A stretch of DNA of 64,000 nt from Chlamydiia bacterium (GTDB lineage: Bacteria; Chlamydiota; Chlamydiia; Chlamydiales; JAAKFR01): assembly GCA_963827485.1 (NCBI GenBank), contig CAWHBB010000004.1, positions 98,627 through 162,626 of the forward strand. Direction: 5' to 3'. How positions within the stretch are numbered: the stretch's first letter is position 1; each line of letters begins with the position of its first letter. Positions 18,316 through 28,339 of this stretch are shown here, in pieces. Both the position numbers and the translations under genes were made by a program. The notes under the pieces are model-generated. The model made no database searches. It had not been told where the DNA came from and saw nothing but the letters and a program-made list of their open reading frames with translations.

Positions 18316-18696
18316 CTAAGAAAGCTGTTCGACTAATTGGAAGAGATTTCCATCGGGATCGCAAAAAAGCTGCATCTTCACATGGCCTGGCACCTCGAAA
18401 ATATCGCCGATCAGTTTGACCCCTTTCTGTCCCAGTTCTGCGCGCGCTTTTTGGATATCATCCACGCTGAGGGTGATGACCGCATTTTGGCCGGCACGCA
18501 TGCTCGGATCCTCCTTGGACTCGGCTCCGACTCCGATCTTGGCGCCGCCCCCTGCGTCGAGCTCCATCCAGCCATACTCAGTGGCCTCGCTTTCGAGCTT
18601 GAGTCCGAGTGTTTCGGTGAAGAATTTCTTCGCCTTTTTAAAATCGGATACGGTGATCCAGGCGAGATGAAACCCGCGCGTTTCTGTTTTTTTCAT
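18316..18696 (-). CDS. VOC/glyoxalase family protein
   Basis: VSDFKKAKKFFTETLGL...VDDI...FCDPDGNLFQL. Confidence 0.88.
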   Translation of the reverse strand: MKKTETRGFHLAWITVSDFKKAKKFFTETLGLKLESEATEYGWMELDAGGGAKIGVGAESKEDPSMRAGQNAVITLSVDDIQKARAELGQKGVKLIGDIFEVPGHVKMQLFCDPDGNLFQLVEQLS

Positions 18697-18704
18697 AAAT
18701 TCCC

Positions 18705-19550
18705 TCACGGTTTAATAGCCAAAATTTCCAGCTTGTTGTAGTGGATGCAAATCGAGCCGTCAGCTGCGGGTGGATCGATCTTGAGCATAGCGTCGGCCAG
18801 ATCGCTGAGGAACTCGCCCTGCTTCTCTTCAGGTAGGTGGCGGATGAAGGTGGCAAGCGGCCTCAGCCAGTCGATGAGAGCAGCTTTATTTGGATAGGGG
18901 GTCTCGCATCTGCTCTCTTCAAGCATAAGAGGGACCAGTCCCGCCTCCACCAGGAGCTTCTCATATTCACCCCGCGTGAAGTAAGCCCTTTGAGGCGCAA
19001 AATTGGGGAAGAGGGGAGCCCATTTTTTCTGAAGGACCAGCTTTTCGACTTGGGTGGAGAGGTTGTTAGGAGAGGCTCCTGGCGTTACCAAGAGGACTCT
19101 TCCTCCTGAGACCAGGCTCTCATGGATCCCCCTCAGGGCAGCTTGTTGGTCGAGAACCCAGTGTAGGGCGCAAAAGGAAGCCACGATGTCGAACTGATCT
19201 TTGAAGGGCAGGCTAGAGGCGTTTCCTTGCACAAAGAGGAGATGGGGGTAGAGCGCCGGTTTAAAACGGCTCGTAGCATAGTCGATCATCTTTTCAGAGA
19301 TATCCAGCCCCACAACTATGCCTTGAGGCAGTTTCTTTGCAAGAATCGCCGTGACTTTGCCATCGCCAGAGCCCACATCGAGCAGCCTCTCATCACCTCT
19401 CCAGGCATATTTCTCGATAGCGCTCATCGCCCATTGCCACTGGAGATCGGAATTCTTGTTGTAGCTCTCCACCTTCTCGATGCCCTTAGAGGCAAAAAGA
19501 GGGGTGCCTAGAAGCAGTAAAATCAGAGCGAACTGTTTCAGTCTAAGCAT
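18705..19550 (-). CDS. Class I SAM methyltransferase (Tam-like) with signal peptide
   Basis: LLDVGSGDG, GLDIS, FDIVASFCALHWV; N-terminal MLRLKQFALILLLLGTPLFA. Confidence 0.88.
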   Translation of the reverse strand: MLRLKQFALILLLLGTPLFASKGIEKVESYNKNSDLQWQWAMSAIEKYAWRGDERLLDVGSGDGKVTAILAKKLPQGIVVGLDISEKMIDYATSRFKPALYPHLLFVQGNASSLPFKDQFDIVASFCALHWVLDQQAALRGIHESLVSGGRVLLVTPGASPNNLSTQVEKLVLQKKWAPLFPNFAPQRAYFTRGEYEKLLVEAGLVPLMLEESRCETPYPNKAALIDWLRPLATFIRHLPEEKQGEFLSDLADAMLKIDPPAADGSICIHYNKLEILAIKP

Positions 19551-19564
19551 AAGTCTCTCCCCGT

Positions 19565-20362
19565 TTATTGTTTAACAGCCAAGATCTCTAGGCTGCGGCG
19601 CTGTAGGCGAACCGAGCCATCAGGAGCTTGCGGATTTAATCGAAGCATCGCCTCGACGAGATCGTCGAGGAATTCTCTCTGCTTTTCTTCCGATAGGTGG
19701 TGGATAGTCCGCTTCGTCCGCTTCTCTAGTTTCTCGCGGAAGTCCTTTTTGCTCGGATAGAGCCTCTCGCTTGATTTTTCCTCTAGACTCACAGGAGTGA
19801 GACCTGCCCCTACGAGCAGCTCGCGATAGCCATCGATCGTGTAGCAAACCCTTGGTGTGTAAGAGGGGAAATCCGAGCTCCATTTTTTGCTTTTGATCAA
19901 TTTTTCACACTGCGAGAGGCGATTATTGGGAGAGATTGCAGGAAGCAAGAGAAGGGCATGGCCTCCGCTCACGAGGCTCTTCTGGATGGTAGCAAGAACT
20001 GCCTTCGGGTCAGAGGATCGGTGTAGGGCGTGAAAAGAGACGACCAGATCGAACTGCTCCTTGAATGCAAGCGTATCTAGCCTTGCGCGCATGAAAAGGA
20101 GATTGGGGAGCATGGGGAGCTTGAGGTCAGAGCTATCCACTCCCACAATGATGCTAGAGGGCAATTTGCTCGCAAGCAAGGCGGTGAGTTTGCCATCTCG
20201 ACAGCCGATATCGAGCACCCGCTCGTTGCCCTTCCATGGATATCTCTCGATGAGGTCTATGGCCTCCTGCATATGTGTGGATGGCTTGCTCTCAGCTGGC
20301 TTTTCAGATGCAATGAGCTGGCTTGCCAGAAGAAGAGCCATGGCGATGAAACGCTTTGTCAT
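19565..20362 (-). CDS. Class I SAM methyltransferase paralog with signal peptide
   Basis: VLDIGCRDG, FDLVVSFHALH; N-terminal MTKRFIAMALLLASQLIA. Confidence 0.85.
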   Translation of the reverse strand: MTKRFIAMALLLASQLIASEKPAESKPSTHMQEAIDLIERYPWKGNERVLDIGCRDGKLTALLASKLPSSIIVGVDSSDLKLPMLPNLLFMRARLDTLAFKEQFDLVVSFHALHRSSDPKAVLATIQKSLVSGGHALLLLPAISPNNRLSQCEKLIKSKKWSSDFPSYTPRVCYTIDGYRELLVGAGLTPVSLEEKSSERLYPSKKDFREKLEKRTKRTIHHLSEEKQREFLDDLVEAMLRLNPQAPDGSVRLQRRSLEILAVKQ

Positions 20363-20560
20363 AGGTGCCTGCCTTTGTTAAGGGAGCATCAAAACAGAAT
20401 GGCGCAAAAAACGTCAACATTATTAAACAGAGAAGTTTATATATGATCTGTTTTTTATTTGACGCTCATCAATTTTGCATTTTTCGCTTTACTTGCCGAA
20501 TAATCCTGATATTCGTATTGTTCCTTTCTTTCAGCAAAAAATAACAACCTTTGAGGAGTT

Positions 20561-21340
20561 ATGCGAAGACCAACCTTTCTGTTAGGTGCATTTGCACTTG
20601 CAATTGCATCCACACTGACAGCGCTTCCCATTGATGAGCAGCTGTTTATTTCACCCTCGCTCACCGAGATCGCTGGAAAGCTCTCGTTCGATGCAGCGGT
20701 TCCGTTGTCGGGCGAGAAGAAGGCGAGCTATGAATATGCTTATAGCCTCAATATCGGCCAGAACCTGCCCTCGACCACCCACTTTGTCTCCCAAGAGGCG
20801 GCCCGCGTTGTCGGCCTCGGAGCCCACCTGAGCCATATGGCAGATAGTCTCGCGCCCAAAGGACGTGCGATCATCGCTGTACCTGCCTCCTATGGCGTGC
20901 TCTTCACCGATGGCAAGCTCTCAGAAGAGCAGGCGAGAAACCAAGTGGCAGCAGCGCTTGCTAAAATCGGAAACAGCGATGATAAGCAACTGATTATCAA
21001 CGTGTTAAGCGGCCTCGACGGCATTTTGCGCGCCACATTCGTGCAAAGAGAGGGCAAGCTCTATCTGGTGATGGATGACAAGGTGCTTTCCTTGGGCGAG
21101 AAGGTATGGAGAAAGACACCTGAGGGGGTCTGTGAGGAGATTTTCCACTCTGAGGAGGAGTATCTCGTAGCGATACGGAGTGCAGGTCTTCACTGCGAAG
21201 AGATCAAGCGTCCCTGTTTCTTTGGCGAAGTGAAGTGGAAGGCGTTTAACAGCTCCCGTAAAGAGGGCGAGCCGACACTTGGCGCTGCCTATAAGGAGCA
21301 CAATCCCTTTACGCTCTTCATCGTGACCAAATCGGTTTAA
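20561..21340 (+). CDS. Exported protein, possibly a degenerate methyltransferase fold
   Basis: Signal peptide (..STLTA|LP). LAPKGRAIIAVP and FHSEEEY..IRSAGL resemble the C-terminal half of a methyltransferase; no GxG motif. Confidence 0.65.
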   Translation: MRRPTFLLGAFALAIASTLTALPIDEQLFISPSLTEIAGKLSFDAAVPLSGEKKASYEYAYSLNIGQNLPSTTHFVSQEAARVVGLGAHLSHMADSLAPKGRAIIAVPASYGVLFTDGKLSEEQARNQVAAALAKIGNSDDKQLIINVLSGLDGILRATFVQREGKLYLVMDDKVLSLGEKVWRKTPEGVCEEIFHSEEEYLVAIRSAGLHCEEIKRPCFFGEVKWKAFNSSRKEGEPTLGAAYKEHNPFTLFIVTKSV

Positions 21341-21359
21341 ATCCCGATTAATTCAACTC

Positions 21360-21396
21360 AAAGCCGTCGGAAAAGAGCTTTTCGACGGCTTTTCAT
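21360..21396. terminator. Intrinsic terminator
   Basis: AAGCCGTCGGAAAAG-AG-CTTTTCGACGGCTT followed by T's. Confidence 0.75.
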
Positions 21397-21406
21397 TTAT
21401 GGGGCA

Positions 21407-21525
21407 GAACAAAACCACAGAGACTAGAGAGAAAAAAGAGATTGCACAGAGATAAATTTGTTTTTTTGCTCTCGCAAAAAATGAAAAACATTTCCTCTGT
21501 GATCTCTCTAGCCTCTAATGAAATT
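21407..21525. repeat. Palindromic repeat family B, copy 1
   Basis: ACCACAGAGACTAGAGAG...GCACAGAG...CTCTGTG...CTCTCTAGCCTCT; homologous to 43177-43370. Confidence 0.75.
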
Positions 21526-21540
21526 GCGCAAGAGGTCTCT

Positions 21541-22551
21541 TTACGGAATCAGGACGGCGGCGCCTTTGAAGCGGCCATGGCTAAGATCGTCCAGAGCTTC
21601 GTTCGCCTGGTCGAGGCTGTAGAGCGTGGTCTGGATCTGGAAGGGAATTTCTCGAGCAAGCTCGAGCAGCTCAGAGCCATCCTGGCGAGTCACATTGGCA
21701 GTCGAGCGCAAAACCCGCTCGCCCCAGAGAAGCTCATAGGGAAAGCTCGGAATATCGCTCATATGGATGCCCGCCGAGACCACAACCCCACCCTTTTTGA
21801 TATCTTTTAGCGCTTTGATGAGAAGTTCGCCGAGAGGAGCAAAGACAATCGCGCTGTCGAGCTCCTCTGGAGGCCTCTCTTCGCTCGATCCCGTCCAGTA
21901 GGCGCCCAGGCTCTTTGCAAACTTCTGCCCCTTCTGATCGCCTGCGCGCGTGAAGGCGTAGCCCTTTGCTCCAAAGTGGTTCAAGATCTGGATCATGATA
22001 TGGGCCGATGAGCCAAAGCCATAGAGCCCCACCCGTTTATCTCGGAGGTTGCTCGCCTGGAACGGATCCAGTTCAGTCAGTTTGAGCGCTCGATAGCCGA
22101 TCGTGCCAGCACAGAGAAGAGGCGCGGCAGCCGCATCGCTGTAATTTTTGGGAATTCGGAAGGCGTAATCGGCATTTATAGTGGCAAATTCAGCATAGCC
22201 CCCATCCCTGTCGTAGCCGGTAGAGAGGCCGTTTTCGCAGAGATTCTCCTTCCCATCTAGGCAGTAGGGGCAGACCCCGCAACTTCTGGCCAGCCAGATC
22301 GAGCCGACGCGCTCTCCCAGGTTAAAATCGCCCGCACCGCCCGCCTTGGAGACCACCCGTCCGACGATCTGATGGCCTAGGATGAGAGGGAGTTTTGGTC
22401 GGTCAAGATCGCCCTCGAAGATGTGCAGATCGGTGCGGCACACCCCGCAGGCAAGCACCTCGACGAGAAGTTCGCCCTCTTCAGCCTTTGGCAAGGGGAC
22501 GTTTTCAAGCCGAAGCTTTTCGCCCACTCTGTGGAGAACCATCGCTTGCAT
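21541..22551 (-). CDS. Zinc-dependent alcohol dehydrogenase family protein
   Basis: CGVCRTDLH, GHQIVG, CGVCPYC..ENLC, GLYGFG. Confidence 0.92.
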   Translation of the reverse strand: MQAMVLHRVGEKLRLENVPLPKAEEGELLVEVLACGVCRTDLHIFEGDLDRPKLPLILGHQIVGRVVSKAGGAGDFNLGERVGSIWLARSCGVCPYCLDGKENLCENGLSTGYDRDGGYAEFATINADYAFRIPKNYSDAAAAPLLCAGTIGYRALKLTELDPFQASNLRDKRVGLYGFGSSAHIMIQILNHFGAKGYAFTRAGDQKGQKFAKSLGAYWTGSSEERPPEELDSAIVFAPLGELLIKALKDIKKGGVVVSAGIHMSDIPSFPYELLWGERVLRSTANVTRQDGSELLELAREIPFQIQTTLYSLDQANEALDDLSHGRFKGAAVLIP

Positions 22552-22562
22552 GGCAGAGAGCT

Positions 22563-23594
22563 TTAGGAGACCTTCAACACCGCTCGGTAGTGGATATCGT
22601 TGCTCGCAAGCTTTTTCAAGGCGCGGTTGATATCGCTAAGCTCGAATAGCTCGATCTTGGGAGCTACCCCCATCCTCTCGGCAAATGCGAGCATCGACTC
22701 GATCATTGCAGGTGAGCCGATGTGGCTGCCGACAATCGCTAGATTCTTGCTGATCATCGGCATGATGGGCAGCTCAAAGGAGGAGCTGATAGCGCCGAGC
22801 AGGCAGAGTTTGCCCTCAGGCTTAAGCAGTCCGAGATAGCTCTCTAAGTCGACAGCAGAGGAGACGGTGTGGAGGAAGAAGTCGATGCTGCCTTTTTCCC
22901 TCTCCATCGCGTTGCGGTTGGTGGAGACCACGAAATGGTCGGCGCCAAAGCTTCGCGCCTCCTTCTCTTTGTTCGCAGAGGTAGAGAAGACCACCACCTC
23001 ACAGCCCATCTTGTGGGCAAATTGCACTGCCAGATGGCCCAGGCCGCCCAGGCCAATCACCCCGACGCGCATCGCAGAGTTGACCTGATGGTCGATCAGC
23101 GGGGTGTAGACCGTCGCTCCGCCGCAGAGGAGAGGCGCGACGAGCTCAGGAGCCATCGATTTGGGTGCGTGGAAGGCAAAGCGGGAGTCGACGACCACCC
23201 CTTGAGAAAAGCCTCCAGCGCGCCCCACACAGGTGGCTTCGCTCTTTTCACAGAGTGTGGCCTTGCCTGACCGGCAGTAGTTGCAGACTTGGCAGGAGCC
23301 CGACTGCCACCCCACCGCCACGCGGTCGCCTGGGGCAAATTGCTCCACCTTCCGACCCACTTCGCGCACCGTGCCCACGATCTCGTGGCCGGCAATCAGA
23401 GGGTAGTTTATGCCTTTCAGCTCATTGTTGATCAGGTGCAGGTCGCTGTGGCAGAGGCCGCAGTAGGCAACCTCGATGGAAATATCCCAGGAGCCAAGTG
23501 CAGGTAGCTCATACTGAAGCGGCTCCAGAGACTTGCCTGCGCCAAGTGCAGCGTAGCCTGTGACAAGATGGGTTTTGGTGCTAGTGGTTCCCAA
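22563..23594 (-). CDS. NAD(P)-dependent Zn aldehyde reductase (CAD/Ahr-like)
   Basis: CGLCHSD, GHEIVG, GLGGLGH, YRAVL. Confidence 0.92.
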   Translation of the reverse strand: MGTTSTKTHLVTGYAALGAGKSLEPLQYELPALGSWDISIEVAYCGLCHSDLHLINNELKGINYPLIAGHEIVGTVREVGRKVEQFAPGDRVAVGWQSGSCQVCNYCRSGKATLCEKSEATCVGRAGGFSQGVVVDSRFAFHAPKSMAPELVAPLLCGGATVYTPLIDHQVNSAMRVGVIGLGGLGHLAVQFAHKMGCEVVVFSTSANKEKEARSFGADHFVVSTNRNAMEREKGSIDFFLHTVSSAVDLESYLGLLKPEGKLCLLGAISSSFELPIMPMISKNLAIVGSHIGSPAMIESMLAFAERMGVAPKIELFELSDINRALKKLASNDIHYRAVLKVS

Positions 23595-24678
23595 TTTTTC
23601 CTTCCTCTATTTTCTTTTTCATTTCATTAGACATCTGCAGGCCATTTTTTCGATACCAGCCGATAGGATCTTGCTTCAGAATATCGATCATCTTTGGCAA
23701 AACCAGATCGAGAGAATGGCTCGGTCGCCAGCCTAGAATGCGCTCCGCTCGGGAGATATCGAACTCGTAGTGGTCGTCGGCAAGGTCGATCATCCAAGGC
23801 TTGATGAAGGTGAAGTTGATGAAGGGGGTGTGGTTCAAAAGCCAGACCCCGATTTTGGCAAGCGTTTTGGGCATGCGGATGGTACGGATCTCTTTGCCGA
23901 AGAGAAGACGGCTGATATTTCTCTGCAGATAGTCGTAGCTGAGCGTCTTATATTCACCGAGGATCACCGTCACCTCAGGAGGCAGCTCCTTGCGCCGGCT
24001 GATGGCGGAGGCAATAGCGTCGACCAGATCATCCATATGAATGTACGAGGCGCCATGGGTGAGATCGCCCGGGTAGACATAGGCGGAGAGCTGTTTTTCG
24101 TAGATTCGCTGGATCTGGTTGGAGATCGGGATCGAGTGGCATTCGTCGTCGTAGACCCCTCCAATGCGCAGGATGACTGTCGGAATATTGCCCCGCTCCT
24201 CGTGGATAATCTTTTCCGTCTTGACCTTGGAAATGGGGTAGTCCCATTTGGGCACGATGGGGGAATCTTCGTTGAGCTTGACCCCAGGCTTGCTCGGCTT
24301 GTGAATCAAGATGGTGCTTGCAAATATGAACTGCTCCACCTCAAAGCCTTGGAGACCTTTCAGCAGTCGCCGGGTGCCTTCGACGGTCACTTTATCGTAG
24401 AGCTCGGGATGCTTGCCTTCGAAGCTGTAGTAGGCAGCGAGGTGAACGACGGCGCTGATGCGGTTACCATAGAAATGGCGCACGTGAGCAAGCGCCTGTT
24501 GGACGCTCTCATCTGAGGAGATGTCGCACGGCACAAGCTCTTCATTGGCAGAGGCGTAGAACGCTTTCAGAAGTTCAAAGCCCACCATCCGGTAGTCTTG
24601 ACCCATTCTTTTCACAACAGCCGCCCCGATGCGGCCGCAAGAGCCTGTCACCAAGATGACGCCTTTATTCTGATCCAT
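23581..24678 (-). CDS. NAD-dependent epimerase/dehydratase family protein
   Basis: TGSCGRIG, HLAAYY, YPISK, IKPWMIDLADDHY. Confidence 0.9.
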   Translation of the reverse strand: MDQNKGVILVTGSCGRIGAAVVKRMGQDYRMVGFELLKAFYASANEELVPCDISSDESVQQALAHVRHFYGNRISAVVHLAAYYSFEGKHPELYDKVTVEGTRRLLKGLQGFEVEQFIFASTILIHKPSKPGVKLNEDSPIVPKWDYPISKVKTEKIIHEERGNIPTVILRIGGVYDDECHSIPISNQIQRIYEKQLSAYVYPGDLTHGASYIHMDDLVDAIASAISRRKELPPEVTVILGEYKTLSYDYLQRNISRLLFGKEIRTIRMPKTLAKIGVWLLNHTPFINFTFIKPWMIDLADDHYEFDISRAERILGWRPSHSLDLVLPKMIDILKQDPIGWYRKNGLQMSNEMKKKIEEGKIGNH

Positions 24679-24760
24679 AGTTCCTCTTTTTTATCATTGT
24701 ATGCAAATAGGAGATTTTATAAAAATAATTTTACAGCAATTAATTATCTGAGAGTTAGAA

Positions 24761-25384
24761 ATGACTATTAAGGCTTTATTAGTAGATGTAGGTGGAGTGC
24801 TTTTGACCAATGGATGGGATTCCAAGCTGCGCAAGCAGTTCTGTCAGGACTATCACATTGATTATCAAGAATTTGATTTAAACCATCAGAAATTTTTTGA
24901 CGATTTTGAGCGCGGCTACATCGATTTCGACACCTACCTCGACAAGACCATTTTTAACCAGAGCCGCCCATTCACGAAGGAGAGTTTCAAGAGGGCGGTT
25001 TTCGAGGCGGCCCATGAGCATCGGGAGATGGTGAACACGATTGGCAAATGGAGGAGGGAGGGCGACCTGATCGTGGCGCTTCTCAGCAATGAGGGTCGCG
25101 AGCTCGCTGTCGACAGGATCGAGCGCTTTCAGCTCGACGCCATTGCCGACCTCTTTCTCTTCTCTGCCTTCGTCCATCTCAGAAAGCCCGATCTTGCGAT
25201 CTACCAGCTCACTGCCGACATTTTACAGCTGAAAAATGAGGAGATGCTCTACATCGACGACCGGGAGAATCTGGTGGCCGCTGCCTCTTCCCTCGGGATC
25301 ACCTCTCATCGCCATCTGGACGCTCTGACGACGCAAGCTTGGTTAAATGAGCAACTCGCAGCTGATTCTAAAGTAATTTTTTGA
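24761..25384 (+). CDS. HAD family phosphatase
   Basis: DVGGVLLTNGW, LSNE, KPD, YIDDRENL. Confidence 0.9.
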   Translation: MTIKALLVDVGGVLLTNGWDSKLRKQFCQDYHIDYQEFDLNHQKFFDDFERGYIDFDTYLDKTIFNQSRPFTKESFKRAVFEAAHEHREMVNTIGKWRREGDLIVALLSNEGRELAVDRIERFQLDAIADLFLFSAFVHLRKPDLAIYQLTADILQLKNEEMLYIDDRENLVAAASSLGITSHRHLDALTTQAWLNEQLAADSKVIF

Positions 25385-25421
25385 ATCGATAGAAAATTAA
25401 GTTTTTGTTAATATCTTGCTC

Positions 25422-26027
25422 ATGCAAGTGAGCGGTTGTTTAAAAGCCCCCTCTTTTTTCCCGACCTGTTCAGCGAGATGTCTCAGTGTGACCCTTCTGA
25501 CGACGCTAGCCCTTGCGGCGATTGCTTCGGTGACAGTGGGCACGCTTGCGCTGAGTGGCGTGATAGCGGGAATCAGCGACGGCTCTGCCATAGGGCTTAT
25601 AGTGATTGGCGGCGCTCTATTGGTCGCTCTGGCCCTAGCGCTTGTGCTCATGAGCCGTGCCGAACAAGCGCAAGCTAGAGCGCTTTCTCAGGAGCTCTCC
25701 TCTCGTCAACAAGTGAAGAAGAAGGCAGCGGCTCATCGAGAGGGGCCGCCAGCTGACGATGTGGCCTATGTGAATCGGCTACTAGATAGCGATATTGCGC
25801 CCGCTATTGCTCGGGGCGCTTCCTCGGTGAATGTCGAAATTCCGAGCTTCCGCGTCGACGGTCGGATCTTCTATCTCAGGGACCCGCACGACGGTCGGCC
25901 CATGACGGAGAGCGAACTAGATAGCCTCTGTCACCGGGCCGGCGGCCGCTACTTTGCAACTCATGGCGTCTGGCTCACCTTTTCCAACCATCACAATGTC
26001 GGCGTGCACGTCGAGATCAGCTATTAG
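25422..26027 (+). CDS. Inc-like membrane protein
   Basis: A ~55-aa bilobed hydrophobic segment followed by a short charged/coiled stretch. Confidence 0.72.
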   Translation: MQVSGCLKAPSFFPTCSARCLSVTLLTTLALAAIASVTVGTLALSGVIAGISDGSAIGLIVIGGALLVALALALVLMSRAEQAQARALSQELSSRQQVKKKAAAHREGPPADDVAYVNRLLDSDIAPAIARGASSVNVEIPSFRVDGRIFYLRDPHDGRPMTESELDSLCHRAGGRYFATHGVWLTFSNHHNVGVHVEISY

Positions 26028-27447
26028 GCCGATGCTCTTGCAGAAAGGCGTGCATTTCCCTGTGTAGGGCAAGTCTCGCCTGTTTTCGCTCTTCATCTCG
26101 CTGATAGGCCTCAGGATCCATGAGGTGAAGTCGGCTTCCAGGAGGGTTGCTCTCCTCAATGTGTCGGATGACTCTTTCGTGACGTGAGTTGAGCTCTGCC
26201 CACTGGCCTGGGGTCAGCCCTCTCAAATCGGTGAGAACTCTTTTGAAGAGCGGAGCATTATCTCGGAAGGCGATTTTGCGAATCACTGTGCGCAAGAAGT
26301 CCTGATCGAAGGAAGGATCGTAGAGTAGGTCGGCAGAGGGACAACTCATGGAGTCCTCAACGAGTTCCTGAAAAAGTTCCTGTCGCACCGCTTTAGGGAG
26401 GATGATCCCATGCCGGTATGCATGAGAGAGGATTGCCTTCACCGAGTCGCGCTGTAAACGTGAGCATATTTGACCGTGCATGGCAGCACGGAGCGCCTCT
26501 TCAACGAGACGGGGATTGGGTGGGCTACGTAAGAGAAAGAGAGCAAGATGGGCAGGGGATCGGCACTGACCTGCGTGATATTTTACCCAGCCATGGATGC
26601 AATCAACAGAGCGATCCCCGGGTGCCTCCAGCAGTGCTTGAAGGGCGGGCAGATGTTCTTTAGTCCGAGTCGCATAACTATCGATCGCCCGTTTTCGCGC
26701 TGCCTCAGAAAGGGGAGCTCCTCTGAGAAGCAGCTCCACTATGGCACGCATCTTTGCCGAATGGCTGCAGGATGCAGCCTGAATAATCGCCTCTACCCTG
26801 CCATTTTCATTTAGCTCTTCTCTTGAGAGAACGGTGTTAAGCTCTTCAACTCTGCCTAACCTTGCTAGAATAGGAATCACCCATCTCCTCTCCTCGGCTC
26901 TATTGAGGTCAAGGCGAGGCATGATCTCATCGATAGTCTTATTGGAAATAGTTGCAGCTAAATTCTCTTTATTCCAATCGTTCCAGGAGGTTCCCCGCAG
27001 GACAACCCTTATGCAATCGGGCAGCTCTTCTTCTGATAGAAGAAGAGAGCTGAGACGGGCAGCCAGCCCCACTCTGTGGGTTTCCACTTCGGCAATGAGC
27101 TGTTCATAGGAGAGATTTTTGTCTCGATATGAAGTGCTTAAGAGCTCTTCCAAAGTATCGCAAATATGGCGCATATGAGCTTTAGCAGCGCTGCTGGCAC
27201 CCACCCATTGGCTTACTTGCCTACCCGTCCGGCTCTCATACCAGCCCCTCCAGAGAGGCTCTTGTAGACCTTTACAGGCGCGTGCAAATTGGACAATTTC
27301 GCTTGTACGCATCGAGCTTCCAACGAGCGCCATTACATCGGGAATCAGAAGAGGGTTAGCTCCAGCGAGGAGAGGCGCAGAGGGCATTATGCCAGCTGGG
27401 CCACTTGGACAGGGATCGCAGGGGCCGGGAAAAGAAGCTGCTGCCAT
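26017..27447 (-). CDS. F-box-like protein with helical repeats (effector candidate)
   Basis: LLIPDVMALVGSSMRTSEIVQFARACKGLQ resembles an F-box; AIVELLLRGA is an ankyrin-like segment. Confidence 0.65.
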   Translation of the reverse strand: MAAASFPGPCDPCPSGPAGIMPSAPLLAGANPLLIPDVMALVGSSMRTSEIVQFARACKGLQEPLWRGWYESRTGRQVSQWVGASSAAKAHMRHICDTLEELLSTSYRDKNLSYEQLIAEVETHRVGLAARLSSLLLSEEELPDCIRVVLRGTSWNDWNKENLAATISNKTIDEIMPRLDLNRAEERRWVIPILARLGRVEELNTVLSREELNENGRVEAIIQAASCSHSAKMRAIVELLLRGAPLSEAARKRAIDSYATRTKEHLPALQALLEAPGDRSVDCIHGWVKYHAGQCRSPAHLALFLLRSPPNPRLVEEALRAAMHGQICSRLQRDSVKAILSHAYRHGIILPKAVRQELFQELVEDSMSCPSADLLYDPSFDQDFLRTVIRKIAFRDNAPLFKRVLTDLRGLTPGQWAELNSRHERVIRHIEESNPPGSRLHLMDPEAYQRDEERKQARLALHREMHAFLQEHRPNS

Positions 27448-27510
27448 ATAATCCTAAATTTAAGTTCCGAGAATTATAAATTCTAACAGTTTAGTGTTAT
27501 TTTGCATTAA

Positions 27511-27948
27511 TTAATTATTAACAGCCCAGAGGATCTGATAGTAGGGGGCGCTTTCTTGGAGGGCGATTGCTGAGCCGGAGCCGAATAGAAAGAGATCGTG
27601 CTCCTCCGTGCCTAGGAGCAGCTGGCTCAGGAGGCGGGTGAGGAAGGGTAGGTGAGAGACCACGAGGGCGCTTGGCCCACCCGCGAGATCGTCGAGGAAA
27701 GGCTGTAGGGGCGCATTGGGAGTAATAGGGGCTTCAAGAGAGGTGAGCGATGGCATCTGGGCTGAGAGGATCCTGGCACACTCCTCGGTCCGTTTTTTAG
27801 GGCTGTAGTAGAGAGTGGTGATCCCCTTGGCCTCGCTGGCAAGGAGGTGGGAGAGCTTCTCGAGCTCGGCGCGTCCTGTGGCCGAGAGGGGAGGGTCGGC
27901 AAGGCCCGCTTCAGTATCTCCGTGGCGGATAAGGATGAGCTTTTTCAC
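27511..27948 (-). CDS. sixA: Phosphohistidine phosphatase SixA family
   Basis: LIRHG, SPKKRT, LVVSHLPFL. Confidence 0.82.
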   Translation of the reverse strand: MKKLILIRHGDTEAGLADPPLSATGRAELEKLSHLLASEAKGITTLYYSPKKRTEECARILSAQMPSLTSLEAPITPNAPLQPFLDDLAGGPSALVVSHLPFLTRLLSQLLLGTEEHDLFLFGSGSAIALQESAPYYQILWAVNN

Positions 27949-27956
27949 GCAGAGTA

Positions 27957-28328
27957 TTAAAGTCCAAAGCCACTGTATATCAGAATCAATCCGAAGATCA
28001 CAAGGAGAACGCCTGCATAGCGGCAGAGGGAAGCTTTTGGGCGGAATTTTTTCGCGATCAGATCGGTCAGCCAGAGAGTCGCGATGCCTCGGAGGGTAAG
28101 CAGGTAGCCGATTACAGTGATAATCGCCTGCCAGCCTAACCAGGAGGAGTGCAGGAGGAGGATGATCAGGCCGAAGAGAAGAGAGATGATGCCCCAGAGA
28201 AAGATGAGGGGCCTATTTTCTAGCCAAACGGTGGCTATTTTCTGCACATAGGTCGGTCGAAAGATCAGAGGTAGACCTCCCAGTGTGAGATAAAGGCCGA
28301 GGAGCTTGGCTAGAAAATGGGCATGCAC
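27957..28328 (-). CDS. Small four-TM membrane protein
   Basis: 123 aa with four hydrophobic helices; WQAIITVIGY. Confidence 0.75.
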   Translation of the reverse strand: MHAHFLAKLLGLYLTLGGLPLIFRPTYVQKIATVWLENRPLIFLWGIISLLFGLIILLLHSSWLGWQAIITVIGYLLTLRGIATLWLTDLIAKKFRPKASLCRYAGVLLVIFGLILIYSGFGL

Positions 28329-28339
28329 CGGTCAACCTA

